Made by a program: the position numbers and the translations under genes. 64,000 nucleotides of DNA from Hydrolagus colliei (lineage: Eukaryota), in assembly GCA_035084275.1 (NCBI GenBank), contig CM068750.1, forward strand, positions 5,704,001-5,768,000. Direction: 5' to 3'. Below, in pieces: positions 1 through 14,100 of the stretch; position 1 is the stretch's first letter, and each line of letters opens with the position of its first letter. The notes under the pieces are model-generated. The model did not search any database, was not told the DNA's origin, and saw nothing but the letters and a program-made list of their open reading frames with translations.

Positions 1-2029
1 AGGCTGACAGAGGAACGGATTTGACAAATCCAAGATATTACTGAGCTGTTAGCTCAGTCAATGGGTCAAGATTGTCTGCCAATCACACTCAGCGCTTTGG
101 GACGTCCTCGAAACGTGAAAGGCACTAAACAGATGTAATTTGGGATTGTATTGTACTTACTAAGGCTGGATTTCTGAATTTGCTTTCCACTGCACTGAGA
201 GGAACAAAGCACAAGAACTTCATAGGGAGATGACCTGACAGTGGCTGACGTGCCTCCTCCTTGTTGTGATATTGATAGATGACAAGCAGAGGTTCAGGGC
301 TCCGACCATCCTACTGCCCATCTACAGCAACAATAACAACTTGCACTTATATAGCGCCCTCCACGTGGGGTAGTATCTCAGACCTTCCGAAGGCATTAGT
401 GAAGGATCGAGCATCATTAGGTGCGCTTCTTGTCCATCGTGCGTATGTGCACAGATGGTAACGTCAGTGGTGACATGATGACCCGGACTTTAGACACATT
501 TTTATGTTTGGCTTATAACCTGACCTGGGAGCGAGTGGATGCTGAACTCCGTGTTACAATAGTCTTTCCCTGCAATCATTTTAGGAGCAATGCTTAGCTT
601 GTCCTATTTTACAGCAAGTACTGAACCTACTTGTAGTTGGCAAATCCCGGTGATGTCTATCAAGACGGAGAAGCCTTCCTAGTCAGTTCAGTGATCCTGG
701 AGCAACAACCGACCTGCAGTTGCTATCAGGTCAGAAATCTGTATTTGTGGCAGGATCTGAGAGAAGATGCGGTGGGTGTGGAGGTGTGTGGAGCTGTGCA
801 ACGAACCCATGGCGATGAGGCTGCACCTGCGGATCACTCTCACCATCAGCACTTAGAAGAAGACCAGTGCGGTCGATATTAACACACAAGATACACAGTC
901 AGTTCCTTTTACCATACATTCTGTGAAGCGCCTCGAGACGTCCCGTGATTAAGCACAATATTAAATGCAAGGATTTATTATTATTATTAAAGTGGGAATT
1001 TATTTCCGTGAGTAAAAGCTTCTTGTGAACGGCGCAAGCACGACTGAATGTAAAAGAAAGCGAAAGAGACACAATTACTGAAGCACTGCATAGATGTCGA
1101 TGGTCATATCTGGGGCTTCGGATCAATACTTTTTTTAATCAAAGTTCTACTGATAAAAATCTGAAAATAAAACACTCGGCCCCGGATCTGAAAGCCTCCA
1201 AAGCTACTTCCCAGCTGCTGAAAGGCGGGTATCGAAATGTTGTTTTTGCAACAAGCAGTTTGTGACTGTGCTAAACATGGTCTGCCGTAATGTCTGCCAT
1301 AATGTGGCCGCACTCGGCCCCATAATGGCTTTGTACACCAGACATATGGCATAAATCTGCCCCATCAGCTTTGCTTCACGCTTTTTGCGCTACTTCAATA
1401 CCTGTAACTGAGAGGATTCTTGCGCATATAATAACTGTGCATATAATAGATAAGTATCCTTTATAAATCACAGAGTAAAAGTGACAGGTCATATATTTAC
1501 TTACATTTTTGTGTTCTGTTGACATGCAGTTTAAAAAAAAGCATAGCCTCCGAAGGATATGACCTATACTTTAAAGCCTGTGATGTTTTTAGAACCGCAA
1601 CACCAGTGGAAAAGGATGCGATCATCAAATGCACAGTTTATAGGTAATTATTTTTCCTGTATACTTTATAGTCTCTGGAGATACAGGCAATGTAATATTT
1701 CACACATCAAGGACATGACCTGGATTATTTACTATCCATGATGAGACTGTCCAGGTTTTGATGTCGCCGTGAATGATTGCCTATAACTACTGAATTTCAC
1801 ACCTCCCATCTTCGCTGCCTGATAAGCTTGGTTATGGTTTTTTTATATATATAAAAAAAGTCACTGCAATCAGACAGTGACAGGATATTCTCCTGTATTC
1901 TCCTGTAGTTAATGGTAGACAGATACAGTCAGATAATAAACTTACAGAGTCTATATTTTTTAAACAAAAAACTGTACGCAAAACAAACGCACCCTTTTTT
2001 CACAAAACGTTTGAAATAACTAGCCACAT

Positions 2030-2295
2030 CTCAGCAGGGTTAACATAAAAAGGAATTGTGTTTGGTGATCTAGAAAAGAGGATGGATGGAGTTTCTCTTT
2101 CTCTCCCAGGGTCCTGATTAACAATCCCCCCAAATAAAATTGGTCTATCACTCCATGGCTGTTTGTGAGGCCCTGCTGTGCACAAATGGGCTGCCATGTT
2201 CGCCTACATTTTGTAATACTGTATATACCTTGAAGCACTTTAAAATGTCCTCCTGATGTAAATAGCATAACACCAAATGTAAGAATTAATATTAT
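2030..2295 (+). mobile_element. Old DeuSINE-like (AmnSINE1/SacSINE1-type) remnant
   Basis: Degenerate Deu-domain-like segment followed by GCTGTTTGTG..GCTGTGCACAAATGGGCTGCC; similar remnants near 41480-41710 (-) and 62100-62370 (+). Recognised from memory. Confidence 0.55.
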
Positions 2296-3739
2296 TACAA
2301 GGCTGTATACCAAGTACCAAGTATTGTAGTAGCGATTATTTCCAGTTGAATAATATCTTCAACGCTAAGAATAAACACAGTTCCAAACCAAGTCAGTTTA
2401 TTTGGATTGGTGCTACTTTATTGCATTGAATACTTCTTACTAAGATCTCTTAGTACCTCTTGTAAGGATTTCTCCTTGAGTTGTGACAATTTAGCATTTT
2501 GTCACTCAAAAGCCTACTTCACTTGCAATAAGCCTAAACCACAAGAAGATATCATGTTGAATTAAATTTATCTATTGCATGCATATATTTTCAAAAGGAT
2601 CTCTTCTTGCAATGTGACCAATTTGCATTTTGTGATCAACGAGCCTAGAGTTATGAGTTTTTTTTTATGACAAACATTACAGTCGAAGAGATATGATCAG
2701 CCAATCTGGACAGCTACAGAAATACCAGGTAGAGCGGCTGAGATCTGCACGAGCCTCTGCATACTTGAATAACCACATTCAAGTTTCCAAATTGAACAAA
2801 CAGAACACCGCAGCACATATATTGTTTTATGTGTTGTTTGTGTAAGAAATAGCACAATGAAAGGCTGCCAGTGTATGTGTATGGGGGGGTGGGTGGGTTG
2901 GTGGGAGAGAGGAAGTGAAATTCAAAGATGAAAGGTTGAGATTAGAAACAGGTAGGATATGATCTGAGTGCACCTCTACTTTCTTTAAACATCACAGCAA
3001 CATACAACCTACTTTTTTGTTACCTAGGATCTCTTTTCTTCATACAAAGTAAAATATGATAATATGATCATAGTGCATCTGTTAGTGAAACCTTGTGTTT
3101 CTTCAGCCCAATTGTGCTCAGAACAGTCAATTATCGTTTATGGCACTTTGTTAGCTCAGAAAAGTTACATGTAGAATGGGAAGGAGACACAAGGATTAAT
3201 AATGTTTTATGTTGCGTGGAAGTATTATCATACGTCTGGTTAGTCCCATTATGTTCAGCAATTTAACTTCTCTTGTTCTGTAAAAATAATAGATTTGGTG
3301 GTGGGGCGTTTGGTCAGCCAGGCCTGGTCTGACACATGCGAAAATCCACCACAAAAGCTTAAGGGTTTCGAAACTAGACTAAGAGTTCCATGTATGCCAC
3401 CTGTGCATGAGAAAGATATGGTGTTAAGTCTACGCAAAGTAATATCTTTGGCAGGGAATGGATGACCCAAATTTAACAAGCCAAATATTCCCCCCAAAAA
3501 AAAACATATTTCAATTTTGGAATTACAGAAAACTAAAGGCAGAATTCAAACACACATTTTTCATAATCCTGCGGCTAAGTAAATAACACATAATTTACCT
3601 TAAACGGGCCTCTGATATTGTTCCTGTGTGGGTAGAAGACAGGTAATATACTATAAATAATATATATGTACATTTCAGTTTTTCCGTAATTCATACTGTT
3701 GAGTCTAACCAAGGATTATACTGCACATCACCGGACTAA

Positions 3740-3890
3740 ACAAAAGAAAAAACAGAAATCGCTGGGAACACTCAGCAAGTCAGGCAGCACCCATGGAGAA
3801 AGGAAAGATAGTTAACATATCGGGTCGATAACCTTTCATCGCTTCTGTTTCTATTTCAGATTTCCAGCAGTATCTGCAGTACTTTGTCTA
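3740..3890 (-). mobile_element. Penelope-like terminal repeat fragment
   Basis: 3752-3841 aligns by eye with the reverse complement of 21482-21570. Confidence 0.7.
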
Positions 3891-6800
3891 AAAGTAAATC
3901 TGGAACAGTTATAATATGTAACAGTGTTTTAAGACCATTGGGCCTGTGTCCTTGGATATGGAGAAAGTGGAAGCTATCGTTGTTTCCTGTGTGCACTCAA
4001 CCACTATGAGATAGCAAGACTGTTTACGGACACAACTATTAATAAAATGGGATTTGATGGATCATGGTTCTTAGGACCTTATAACTAGATTTGGAGGTTG
4101 TCTGTTGGGTACTTGCACTTTATCTTCCAGCACAATATAAACTCCAGGAGGTTGCAGCTGTACTGTCAAGAATATAAAGCTGTTGCAAGGATGGAATATT
4201 GCACGAACAAGCCAGACAGGTGCAACAACTTTTCTTCATTATGGGAATGCTGCTTAGGATGTCGTACATGCATCACTGACACTTCATCCATCATAGGGCG
4301 GCACTGTTTCTGATTACTGCTATCATCTCTGGCCAGTCCAGGCCTGGCTGTACAAGCACAGTTGAACATATTGTGATGGCAACATACCAACAGCTAGAGG
4401 TTATGGTTTGGCAATGAGCCAATTCGCTTGCATCATACAATAGAATAATTAGTGTGCCCACATTTAGTTAACAAGGAGACTGGAGACCAGCTGTTAGGTA
4501 GGCTCGGACTACTCCAGTTGATTAAATTAATGGCAGAATGCAAAACAGCACCTTACTTAACAAGACATTTGTGGTTTGAGTTGCACAAAACTCTGATCTG
4601 CTATTGAGAAATTGTACTGAAAGGTCTTATTTGTATCTTCAGAATGAAAGACTCAGCAAAAAATACAACAGCCACACTTCTGTAAGACATTTGAATGGGA
4701 TTACTTTTATTATGAGGAAAGGTTAGTCAAGCCATTTACAATCAACCTACTACAGTCTCACTGTGCGAACAAATGATAGGTGACATATAAATTGTACGCT
4801 TTCAATTTGAAATGAAATAAAACGAAAAAAGGACCCATTTCATCAGCAGCCACTGAAATTCAATACTGCTTTTGCTGAGATCATCAAGATGTGGTGTTGG
4901 TGGATGCAATAATTATCAGGAAGAAACAAAGGAATTTGATTATCGGTATATTATAGAGATAAATCACAATGCCTGTTTTGAAATTATGTGTTGGAAGTTG
5001 TAAAAGAAAAGGTAGTTGATTCGTTAATGTGTAAGTAACAGCGATTTGAAATTACATTCATTTGTCGTTTCATTGTTATTAAAGGACCTTGGAGGATATA
5101 AATGGAAAATTTGTGTTGTAAAGGCATTCCATTTTAGAGCAGAAATGCAACTGTAGCTCTCGCAAGATTTATGCTACAAAAACATTTCATGAAACATGTG
5201 TGCGGATCCTATGTGAGCGTAAGTCTGTGTCAGATTGTTTGTGAGCGTGTGTGTGTGGTGGGGGGGAAAGGTGAGAGTGTGGGTGAGTGAGTATGTGGGA
5301 AAGTGAGTGTGTTATGCGCATGCTTGTAGCTGTAGTTAAATTACTGCTTCAGCCACAGGTTCCCACCTTTGTCATAGCTGACACATGACATCTATGTTCC
5401 GCGGCCAGTCAGCGGCACATCTCAGTTCATAACCCACACAAGTCAAGGATTGCAGAATGGAACTGTACAGCCTGATGACAGTTGCCACCACTTGCATTTC
5501 AAGGAAAACTAATGTCTTCTATTAGTTATGAATGAAATGCATTAAAAAAAAAGCTTCATTCATCACCAACGAAAAGGACACCAAATAAAGATGTCATTCA
5601 GCACGGGATACTCATTTTTTTTCCCTTTGGATTAATATCTGTCTATTCCACCTTCGGCGCCATACACTAGAGATTAATCTTCAGCTGTGCAGCGCTGCAT
5701 AACATGAATGTAATTATTGAATAATGTAGAATTGTCAATTTTGCATCCAGGTAAGAGAACATCTCAACACTGTGAGGAGAAAACAAACAGAACTCTACAG
5801 TATATTCTGTGAATCCCTTTGAGACGCATCAAAAACGCGATAAGCGGTATACCATAACAAAAGGATTATTTATTGTTTTTAATTCTTTTTTGGCTGGGCA
5901 CAGATTGACACCGACATTTGAGGTCATGAAGGTGTGCCGATTTCTCCCTGCTGAAGGGAGAAAAGAGGTTGCATTGGATAAACGCCTATGACCAAAAGAC
6001 CAAAAATATAACAGCAATAGTAATCCTTGCATTTGATGTAGCGCCTTATTACATTGTTGCCACATCTCAAAGTGCTTCAAAGAATATATACTGTGGAGTG
6101 AATTGACTGTATATCACATTCGTGTTACAGAAACGCACCCAGTGTCAACATTCAAAATGGGAATTCGCACACGCATCGTTAGCGTATGATTTAAAATCAT
6201 TGAGAAAAAGATGAATATGTACCACAATGGTTGCCAAGAAAATGCCATTTCACAATTAAGTTGTTCACAGCGACAACAGCCACCATTTAGGCCACCTGAG
6301 GTTTTTAATGATCAGCTGATTTATTCAAAGAATTAGGATGTCCGTGACATAATGATTTAAGTTCCAGTCTACAGTGGACCTTGTCATGTAATCTTGAAAA
6401 ATGAAAACGCACATGTTAATTCTGTACAAACTAATTGGTACAAATTTATCATTGTCGTATGGATATTCATGAATACTGTTTGAATAAATAAAGCGACAGC
6501 AGCCTTGTGACTAAACCTGATGCTTTCCAGATTGTTTAATATTGTACCTGGGGAAAGAATTGCCGATTCCTTGAAGGGAAACGTGGGACGCGTGGAGGTT
6601 ACCTTCAGAAGCATGTATAAAAAGGGCCTCCCTGAATGTAATTCTCAGAAAATATAAGGGAAAACACACCCTTGAAACTCTTAAAAAACAACAAAGATGC
6701 ACAGTTATTAACTGATAGATCTCAGGAGATAATTAGAACTTCGGGTCCACTATCAATCATTGTCAGGTACAGCTGAGCTCATATTCGAAATGGATCTGTC

Positions 6801-9800
6801 GGCACACAAAACAAACCCCAAATTGTACTCTGAAACATTAAGGCTCACAACATTTCTTAAGATATATATATATATATAGATAAAGCTGTCAAAATTATCA
6901 TCGACATTTCTGATCTGACTTTCAATTTCTGATTTTCCTTTGATTTTTTTTCCCTTTAATTGTTTTGTTTTTTCTTCGAACTGAATTGCTGACGACACAG
7001 TTGAGTCCGACCTGCAAAAGGGAACTGAATTAACATCCACAGATACAGTCATTAACTCAGGGTGCTTCAGTGACTATGTCACTTCGGCTGTGTGTGTGTT
7101 AATTAATCTCCCTCACACTGCACAATCAGCCTAAGCAACTCCAACAAGCTAGTTTCCCGGATGATATCCAATATGTTTCTTTTAAAAAGAAAAACAAATG
7201 AACAGAAATACAGTACTACTCTAGTGCCTACAAGCGGAGCAGGGTAGGGAAACTCGTAGATTTTTACATCAGCTTCAGAAATAATTAGCTCAAACTATAT
7301 GAGTGAAGGTGATAGTTATCAGTAGGGTTGAGGATTAGCAGTTGAGGGTGTGGAAAATGCTTGGGTTGGGCTTTTTAATGATCAGGGCTTCACAACATTT
7401 AGTAACAGATTAAGGCTGAAGGGAAATCGCACTCCTATCACCCAGCTAACACCTAGTGATCCCACAAAACAAAAATGCAAAACAATTGCAACATGGAAGT
7501 ATAAATTCCAGTCTCTACAACACTCTGATACTCTGTTACTCTTCCCCTTTTCCTTAATGCAAAGAGAAAAACACAGAGGTTCAAGCTCTCCTTATTTGGT
7601 GCAAGATTTTCCATTAGTGCTTATCACAACACGGCTGCTGGAGTAACCAAACTCTCTGCCTCTGTACAGTCCACGTCTGTCTTACAATCAACAGCGAGCT
7701 TTTAGCTTGATGCCATAAAGCTGGAACGTTTTTCATTGTTACATTTTGAGAACTAGAAGGGTAATGGTATTCAATCAGGCTACTGGTATAATAAATGGCT
7801 ACTGTCTATAAGCAGGCACTTGTGCAACTGCTCATTTTTGCTGATTGACACCAGAGGGTCCGGTAATTGAATTTTGTGGTTCTATATTTTCATATTACCT
7901 GGAATATACCAAGTAGATCTACTAGAGTGACCAGCACTCATGCTAAACGTTTACACCTTCTTGTCGTAATGGTTCTTCAACACTCTCTATTGATTAGAAC
8001 CTGTCTCTCAAGACCTGTCTACACACCCCACTTTTTTCTGCAATGAACACAACGGATACACAGGGAGGACTTCAGTCAGTTTAATCTGTTCGGAAATATG
8101 TTCCTCCGTGGAGTGTTAGTTATTTTAGTTAACACTGGCTGGAGACCGCAAAAGGTACGTTTCACTGCTTCAACAGATGTGCATTGAAAAAATATCAACA
8201 CATTCATTGTAAACCTCGGATAATGGTAGATAATTCAGTAATACTTTGCTGAAGCTCTAGCAATGATATACAGTGCACAGTAGGGAATAGGAACATAGAA
8301 ATGATATAACATCAGTATGCCCTATACTTTTAACCAAAGGAAAATGCCAGGTGGCTTACGGAAACATTATATTGGAGAATCCATCAATGTAGACTTGTTT
8401 TGATAAATTCTGGAACATGTGTAAGGGAACATTTCCATTGGCATCGCTTGTAACTAGTCTTGTAACTGGATAATTTAATTTTCCAATTTAACTGGATGAA
8501 TGGTTAAAACGGGCAGAAATCTATATTAGATGCACGCAAGGTAGCCTTTTTTTTTCCACAGGAGACAACGCTCTGCTCTATTAAACCTAGAAGGATTTCC
8601 TAAAGTCACTGATTCCTAAACATATGCACTGTGTTAATTTGATGTTCATCCAAATTCAGCGCATATACCCAAATTTAGGCATTTTGTGAAGCCAAAGCCA
8701 AGAGCCATTCCCAACACTAAAATGTTGCATTCAGCTCTGCCCAGCAAATTGTCGACAAACAGACGCAGTTCATCCAGAGCAATTCCACACGGGAAAGTGG
8801 ATGCAAACGCACTTGTACGTTGCCAGGGTCGTGAATGCAAACTCAGCCCCTCTTACGATCCCCCACAGAATGATCAACTCAACAAGCCTGCCAGGAACAC
8901 AGATGCATACTTCACTACAGCACTGCCAGGGATTTGATGCTGCCAGGGCAAATGATGCATGTTGTGTTGCAAACAGCACAAAGGATTCAATATTCTGGCC
9001 AACAAACTGCCACAGAAATGGATACATACTGTATCAGAAGCAGCACAAGGATGGCATTTCACACCCCCACCCCCCCACCCACTCCACCCTCCTTCCCCAC
9101 TCTACCCCCCTCCCACTTGTCTAGTGCCAAAAAATTGCACACATTTGGAAAAATATTTATACAGTCATCTTTAATCACATATCATAGAGTGCTCATTGCC
9201 ATAGTGGTGGATCATTATTATAGAATAGAGATTAGTTGGAAAATGATGTGGTTCATTTGTGAAAACATCTGATTTTGTGCTAGGTTTGCGATTTGGTTCA
9301 TCTTTCTTTCTCTCTGTCTCTCGCAATCCCTTCTGCGGTCAAATTATTTCTGCAAGAACCTGCATTGGAGAACTATGCAGATAATTGCTGAAATAGCCAC
9401 AAGTTCAACCTCTCCATTCCTATTAATGTAGCTGTGTAAAGTGAGATGATTTCAAGAGTATAGACTTTCAGCCACATATTCCTAGCTATAAAATTTAATG
9501 ATACCTGTTCCCCAGCCTGATGAAATATAGCCACACTCTCACGTAAAAGTTATGGCAGATATCAAAGCTTTTATGACAAACTTATTTTATACAGATCTAC
9601 ATTTCCATTCCAATATTACTGACCTTCTCTCTGACATGCTTCATCACGATGTAGAAAATACGTTTTCACATCGTCGTCGAAACTTCGCTTCTTCTCTGTC
9701 TTCTGCCTTTGTTTCCTCTCGTCTCTGTAATGTTTTCCAGTATGCTCTAATATAATTAATAGACTATGTCAAAGTGAATCTACATTTCATTAACCAACAT

Positions 9801-10134
9801 CTGTGTTGTGACAGATAAGTCGTAAAGCATGGCAGTCTCTTTGGCGCTTTTGTTTTTTTGATTGGCGTATGGTTCAGAGAGAGAGGTTACATTTACTATC
9901 GATTGCATACAAGGTTTACCAATTCACAAAAATGTACGACTGACTCATGACGATGGTCACCGTTTGGCTACGTGGGCAGTTCCGCTTTGCAGCATCAGAA
10001 TCTTTAGTCACATTCACATAACCTTGAAATATCCCATTCGTCTCTCCATAAAACCCCAGAAAAGAATGACCTAGGTAACCATGCAATTATTCCATATTCT
10101 TACAAGAAGATGCAGTCTTTACAACCACCACTGC

Positions 10135-10165
<31 letters not shown>

Positions 10166-10799
10166 CTTTGCATTTTGATATTGTGCCTGATCAACAACAA
10201 AATTGCATTTATAGAGCGCCTTTCACATCGGGATGACCTCCCAAGGTGCTGATCATATTGTTAAAACATTTTGAAACTCTTTACAGGATTTACTGTGAAT
10301 TGTAATAAGTGTATTTTGTGGGCGATACAGCAGCCAATTTGCACAGACCACAAATGGCTAGAAATATATTCGGCTGAAACGCATCAGGATACAGGCTGAC
10401 ATTTTATTTATTTCATGTAGATACTATAGAGAGCATCAGCAGAAAGCCTAGCTATTGTGGTACTGTATTAAAGAATAACTTAAATAAAAAGACTATTAAC
10501 TGTAGAACAACTTCATTGCAAGTGAGTACACCATTGTAAATGAGCTCCATATTAATTGACAACATTGCCATCTAGTGGTATGGCATTGGTTGCTGCAAAG
10601 CCCAGATAGACATACCCTCAGCTGAATTCCTTTTCATATTAATAGAAATCACTTTGTTTTCTGAAAATGAAAACCATAAATTATTCAGAGAAAGCCTGAT
10701 AGATTTAGTAATCCAGTACTGCAAAGTCTCACCTGGCACAAGATTGTGCAAATGCAACCAAGACTTAATTTGTTTTCCCAATTGTGTTTGTTGATATCA

Positions 10800-11150
10800 A
10801 AGTGTTCAGTGATCTGGTTAGGCCTCACATAGCACGCTGGGTACAGTTCTGATTACTGTGCTGCTAGGGGCTACCCGGGCCTGGGGGCGATGCAGAGGAC
10901 AGCATCAAGGATGATCCCCAGTGTTCGAGGAATAAATCTATGAGTAATGATTAGACAAGTTCTGTTCTTCATTCTTGAAAGGGAATGAGACTGAGGGGGA
11001 TCCTTACTGAGGTACGCACAATTTTAAATGGGATTAAGAAAGTAAGGTGAGAACAATACTTTTGGATGCACTACCCCAGCAGAACCTAGGCCCCAGCAGG
11101 CTTAGGGTTGCAAAGAGCAATTCCAGCACAGATACCAGGAAGTATACGAG
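10800..11150 (+). mobile_element. Decayed CR1 LINE ORF2 C-terminal fragment
   Basis: Remnant of LVRPHLEY.VQFW and RLRGDL.EVY.I..G motifs; similar fragments near 22600-22800, 41900-42140 and 60690-60960. Confidence 0.7.
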
Positions 11151-14100
11151 TTGTTGCAAATCATATTAATTTAACCACTCGAGGACATTAAACCACGTGA
11201 TGAAGACCGAGGGAGAGAGTTCACATTACACTCCAGATACAGGAAAATTCCCATCTGTAAGTGGAAAACATGGAACTCTCAAGTCTGGTTTGGATATTGT
11301 TGAGCATTGTGATAGGTTTCTACTGGTTGCAGATGCTAGGCTGACTCCACCCCACCAAAAAAGCAACTCAATCACAATTAACACCTGTTGTTTCAGTGTT
11401 ACCAATTCAGAAACAAAGCTTGGATTATACAGTACTGCATTTTAGTGGCTGGATTGCTGCCTGATTTAGATGCATTCCAGTTCCCCAAAGTGCTGTATAA
11501 CAGGGACATGCATCAATGTATTCTTTTCTAGACTCAGTGTTGTGGCCCTAGATTAATAATGCTTGTAACTAAAGGAACCTATTTTTAATTGGAAAGTTAC
11601 AAATTTACGCTATGGATTTCCAACTTGTTGCAAACTCATACAACCTAATGCTAATTTGATCTCTTATATATAAAGGTTGCATATTTGTCACCTTAAATCT
11701 GCATGCAAACTAGACATTTTCACCTGTAGTAATAAAAATTACATTGTGCACAGAATATGGAAATAAACAATTTGTCAATGCCACCAACACTATCTGGCAT
11801 TCTGACATAAAGCACATCCCATTATAGAGCAGCGTAATCCTGAGTATTTATTTGACACAGATATTCAAATAGCACAGCTGTGAGACTAATATGAAAGTGA
11901 ATATCAAAGTCATTCTGATGCATAAACACATTTAAACTTTAATGGCCTGATGATATTGTCTCTAATAGTATCCCAGCCTGGAAAGTCCTATAAATGTAGG
12001 TTCACAATACTACATGGCAGAAGAATATCACTGGGGGTCCAAAGCTTATAGCAAGACAGAAATATTCCTAAGTGTTAGCTATAGCTGTTTGGCATTGTGT
12101 GCAAACAGTTTTGTTACTGATGAAGTCTGAAATTCCTATTGTACTGCACATACCAATATCAGATTGAAATTGCTGAGTGAAAAAGCATAAAATGAAGAAT
12201 AATGGAAATAGCTGTATCGAATGAATATTTTTTTTAAATTATTGTCAAATTGCAAGCAGCCATAAAATGGGAAATTTCTCTGCAACCAGAGGCTTTGTTC
12301 TCAACACATTGAATACATAACATTGGTTCATCACAATTCTAATACAGGGCAACATTCAATGAAACAACGTGTGCAAGCTGCTGTTTAAAAATAGTGCTAA
12401 AATGGACTTGTTAAATTTGTAAAGTTGGCTAAATTCGAGCTGAAATCCATATGCAATAGTAACATTTATTTAGAAGATTGAACGTGTGTCCTAGTGTGTA
12501 TTTAAAATGACAGAAAAAGCTAATTCTTGACAGTATTGTGCATACATTGCAATTATCTTTGCTGTGCCTTTTTCGTCAAATAGATCTGTCCAGCTGCTCT
12601 CTGAAGCTAACCATGGGAGTTGGTATTCAAATCCCAGAGTCTGCCATAGGCTTCTGATACTCAAAGACTTCAATTCATCTTCCTGTCATATTTTCCCGTC
12701 AGCTACAAGGCTATTATACAATGAGGTTTATCTTGAAAATATAACATAATCATCATCTACCCTTGTCAACTGAAAAAATATATAAATGCTTCATGGTTCA
12801 GTGATATATCCAGCCAAATGTTTGTGCTTACTTCTTGATCCACAGTCCCGTTTCATAGAATATTTATGAATCAACTATTGTGATGATAATGATCTTCCTA
12901 ATTGTGCGTTTCATATTGGTTTGCACAGTATGCGGGGTGAAATGATGCTTAAATGTCCCGATGTGCTATCTAAATATTTGACGCCCTGCTCATCTTTAAT
13001 GTGCATCCTACTTTTGTGGCTCGTAAGCTCAAATTGCTAAAATACTTTTGCATTGTGGTAAGATAAAAAGGACACATGCCCCGAGAGTTATCAAACGCAA
13101 ACTCCCTGCACCAAATCATATATATATATATAGTATATAGATAACGAAGGTGACTTTATTTCAGAGCTCACTATGTTTCTACTTCCAACATTTGAGGATT
13201 CATTCTAATAATCATTCTTCAAAAGCCACAAAATATCGAATTTGTAGTTGCTTTTATGATAGATGATAAATAATGTGCATTTTGAAAGCTACAGAAAGCA
13301 TTCATTTGTTCAAACACCTGACTAGACAGTGGAAATAGCTGTGTGAAGCACAACCGGAACCTGTTGGAAGAAGCTAAATGATTTGGAGATGCTCACAAGC
13401 AAGACTTTGATATTTGCACTGACTTTAAGCAGACTGATGCATATTCAACTGAGCTCGGAATAGGCTGTGTGTAAAGGAATAGTCAAATTAGACCTCATTC
13501 TTTCTGCCTGCGGTTATTGCTTAAAAGCACATAAACTCTGTTAAAAATGCCTCAGTTCAAATTAATGCTCATTCATCCGTGCCAACATTCATTTCGGCTC
13601 AACATAAAACTGTTTTGAATTATGAGTTTTGATCTCAGTTTAAGAAACCTTCAGCAATAATATCAGATTCTCGTGTGCCATTACCTTTGCCGCTCGTCAT
13701 TAGATCCGACATTACCATTCAAGAGACCCACTTTTACAGAGAAAAGTTTTACGAGGATACGGAATCCATTCTTGCAATGACCCTCAAAAATATTAACAGT
13801 CAATGGAGAGTTTGACCTTGTAGCAATCTGTTGCTTCATTCTTGCAATATGGTCATTTTTTCTTTGAAAAGGGGCGTAGACGGGAGAGAATCAGTGTAGG
13901 GAAAAATCACGCATGTATTCGCAGGGCAAATGGGTAGTAGTGCTTGAGACAACCAGCACACACTCTGAAATCTGTTCTATTTATACTTTTCCACAGCTGA
14001 AATGCAAGGTATTGCCAACAATCCCACAGCAACACAACACGATAGACCGCAGCCCAAAGTGACAAAGAGCTCCTGAATCGATCATTATTTTTCCACTTCG

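Noticed and set aside
8646-9272. Cluster of seven overlapping ORFs with recurring TGCCAGG
   Set aside because: No recognisable protein or convincing splice-bounded exon; explained by locally higher GC and a C-rich tract.
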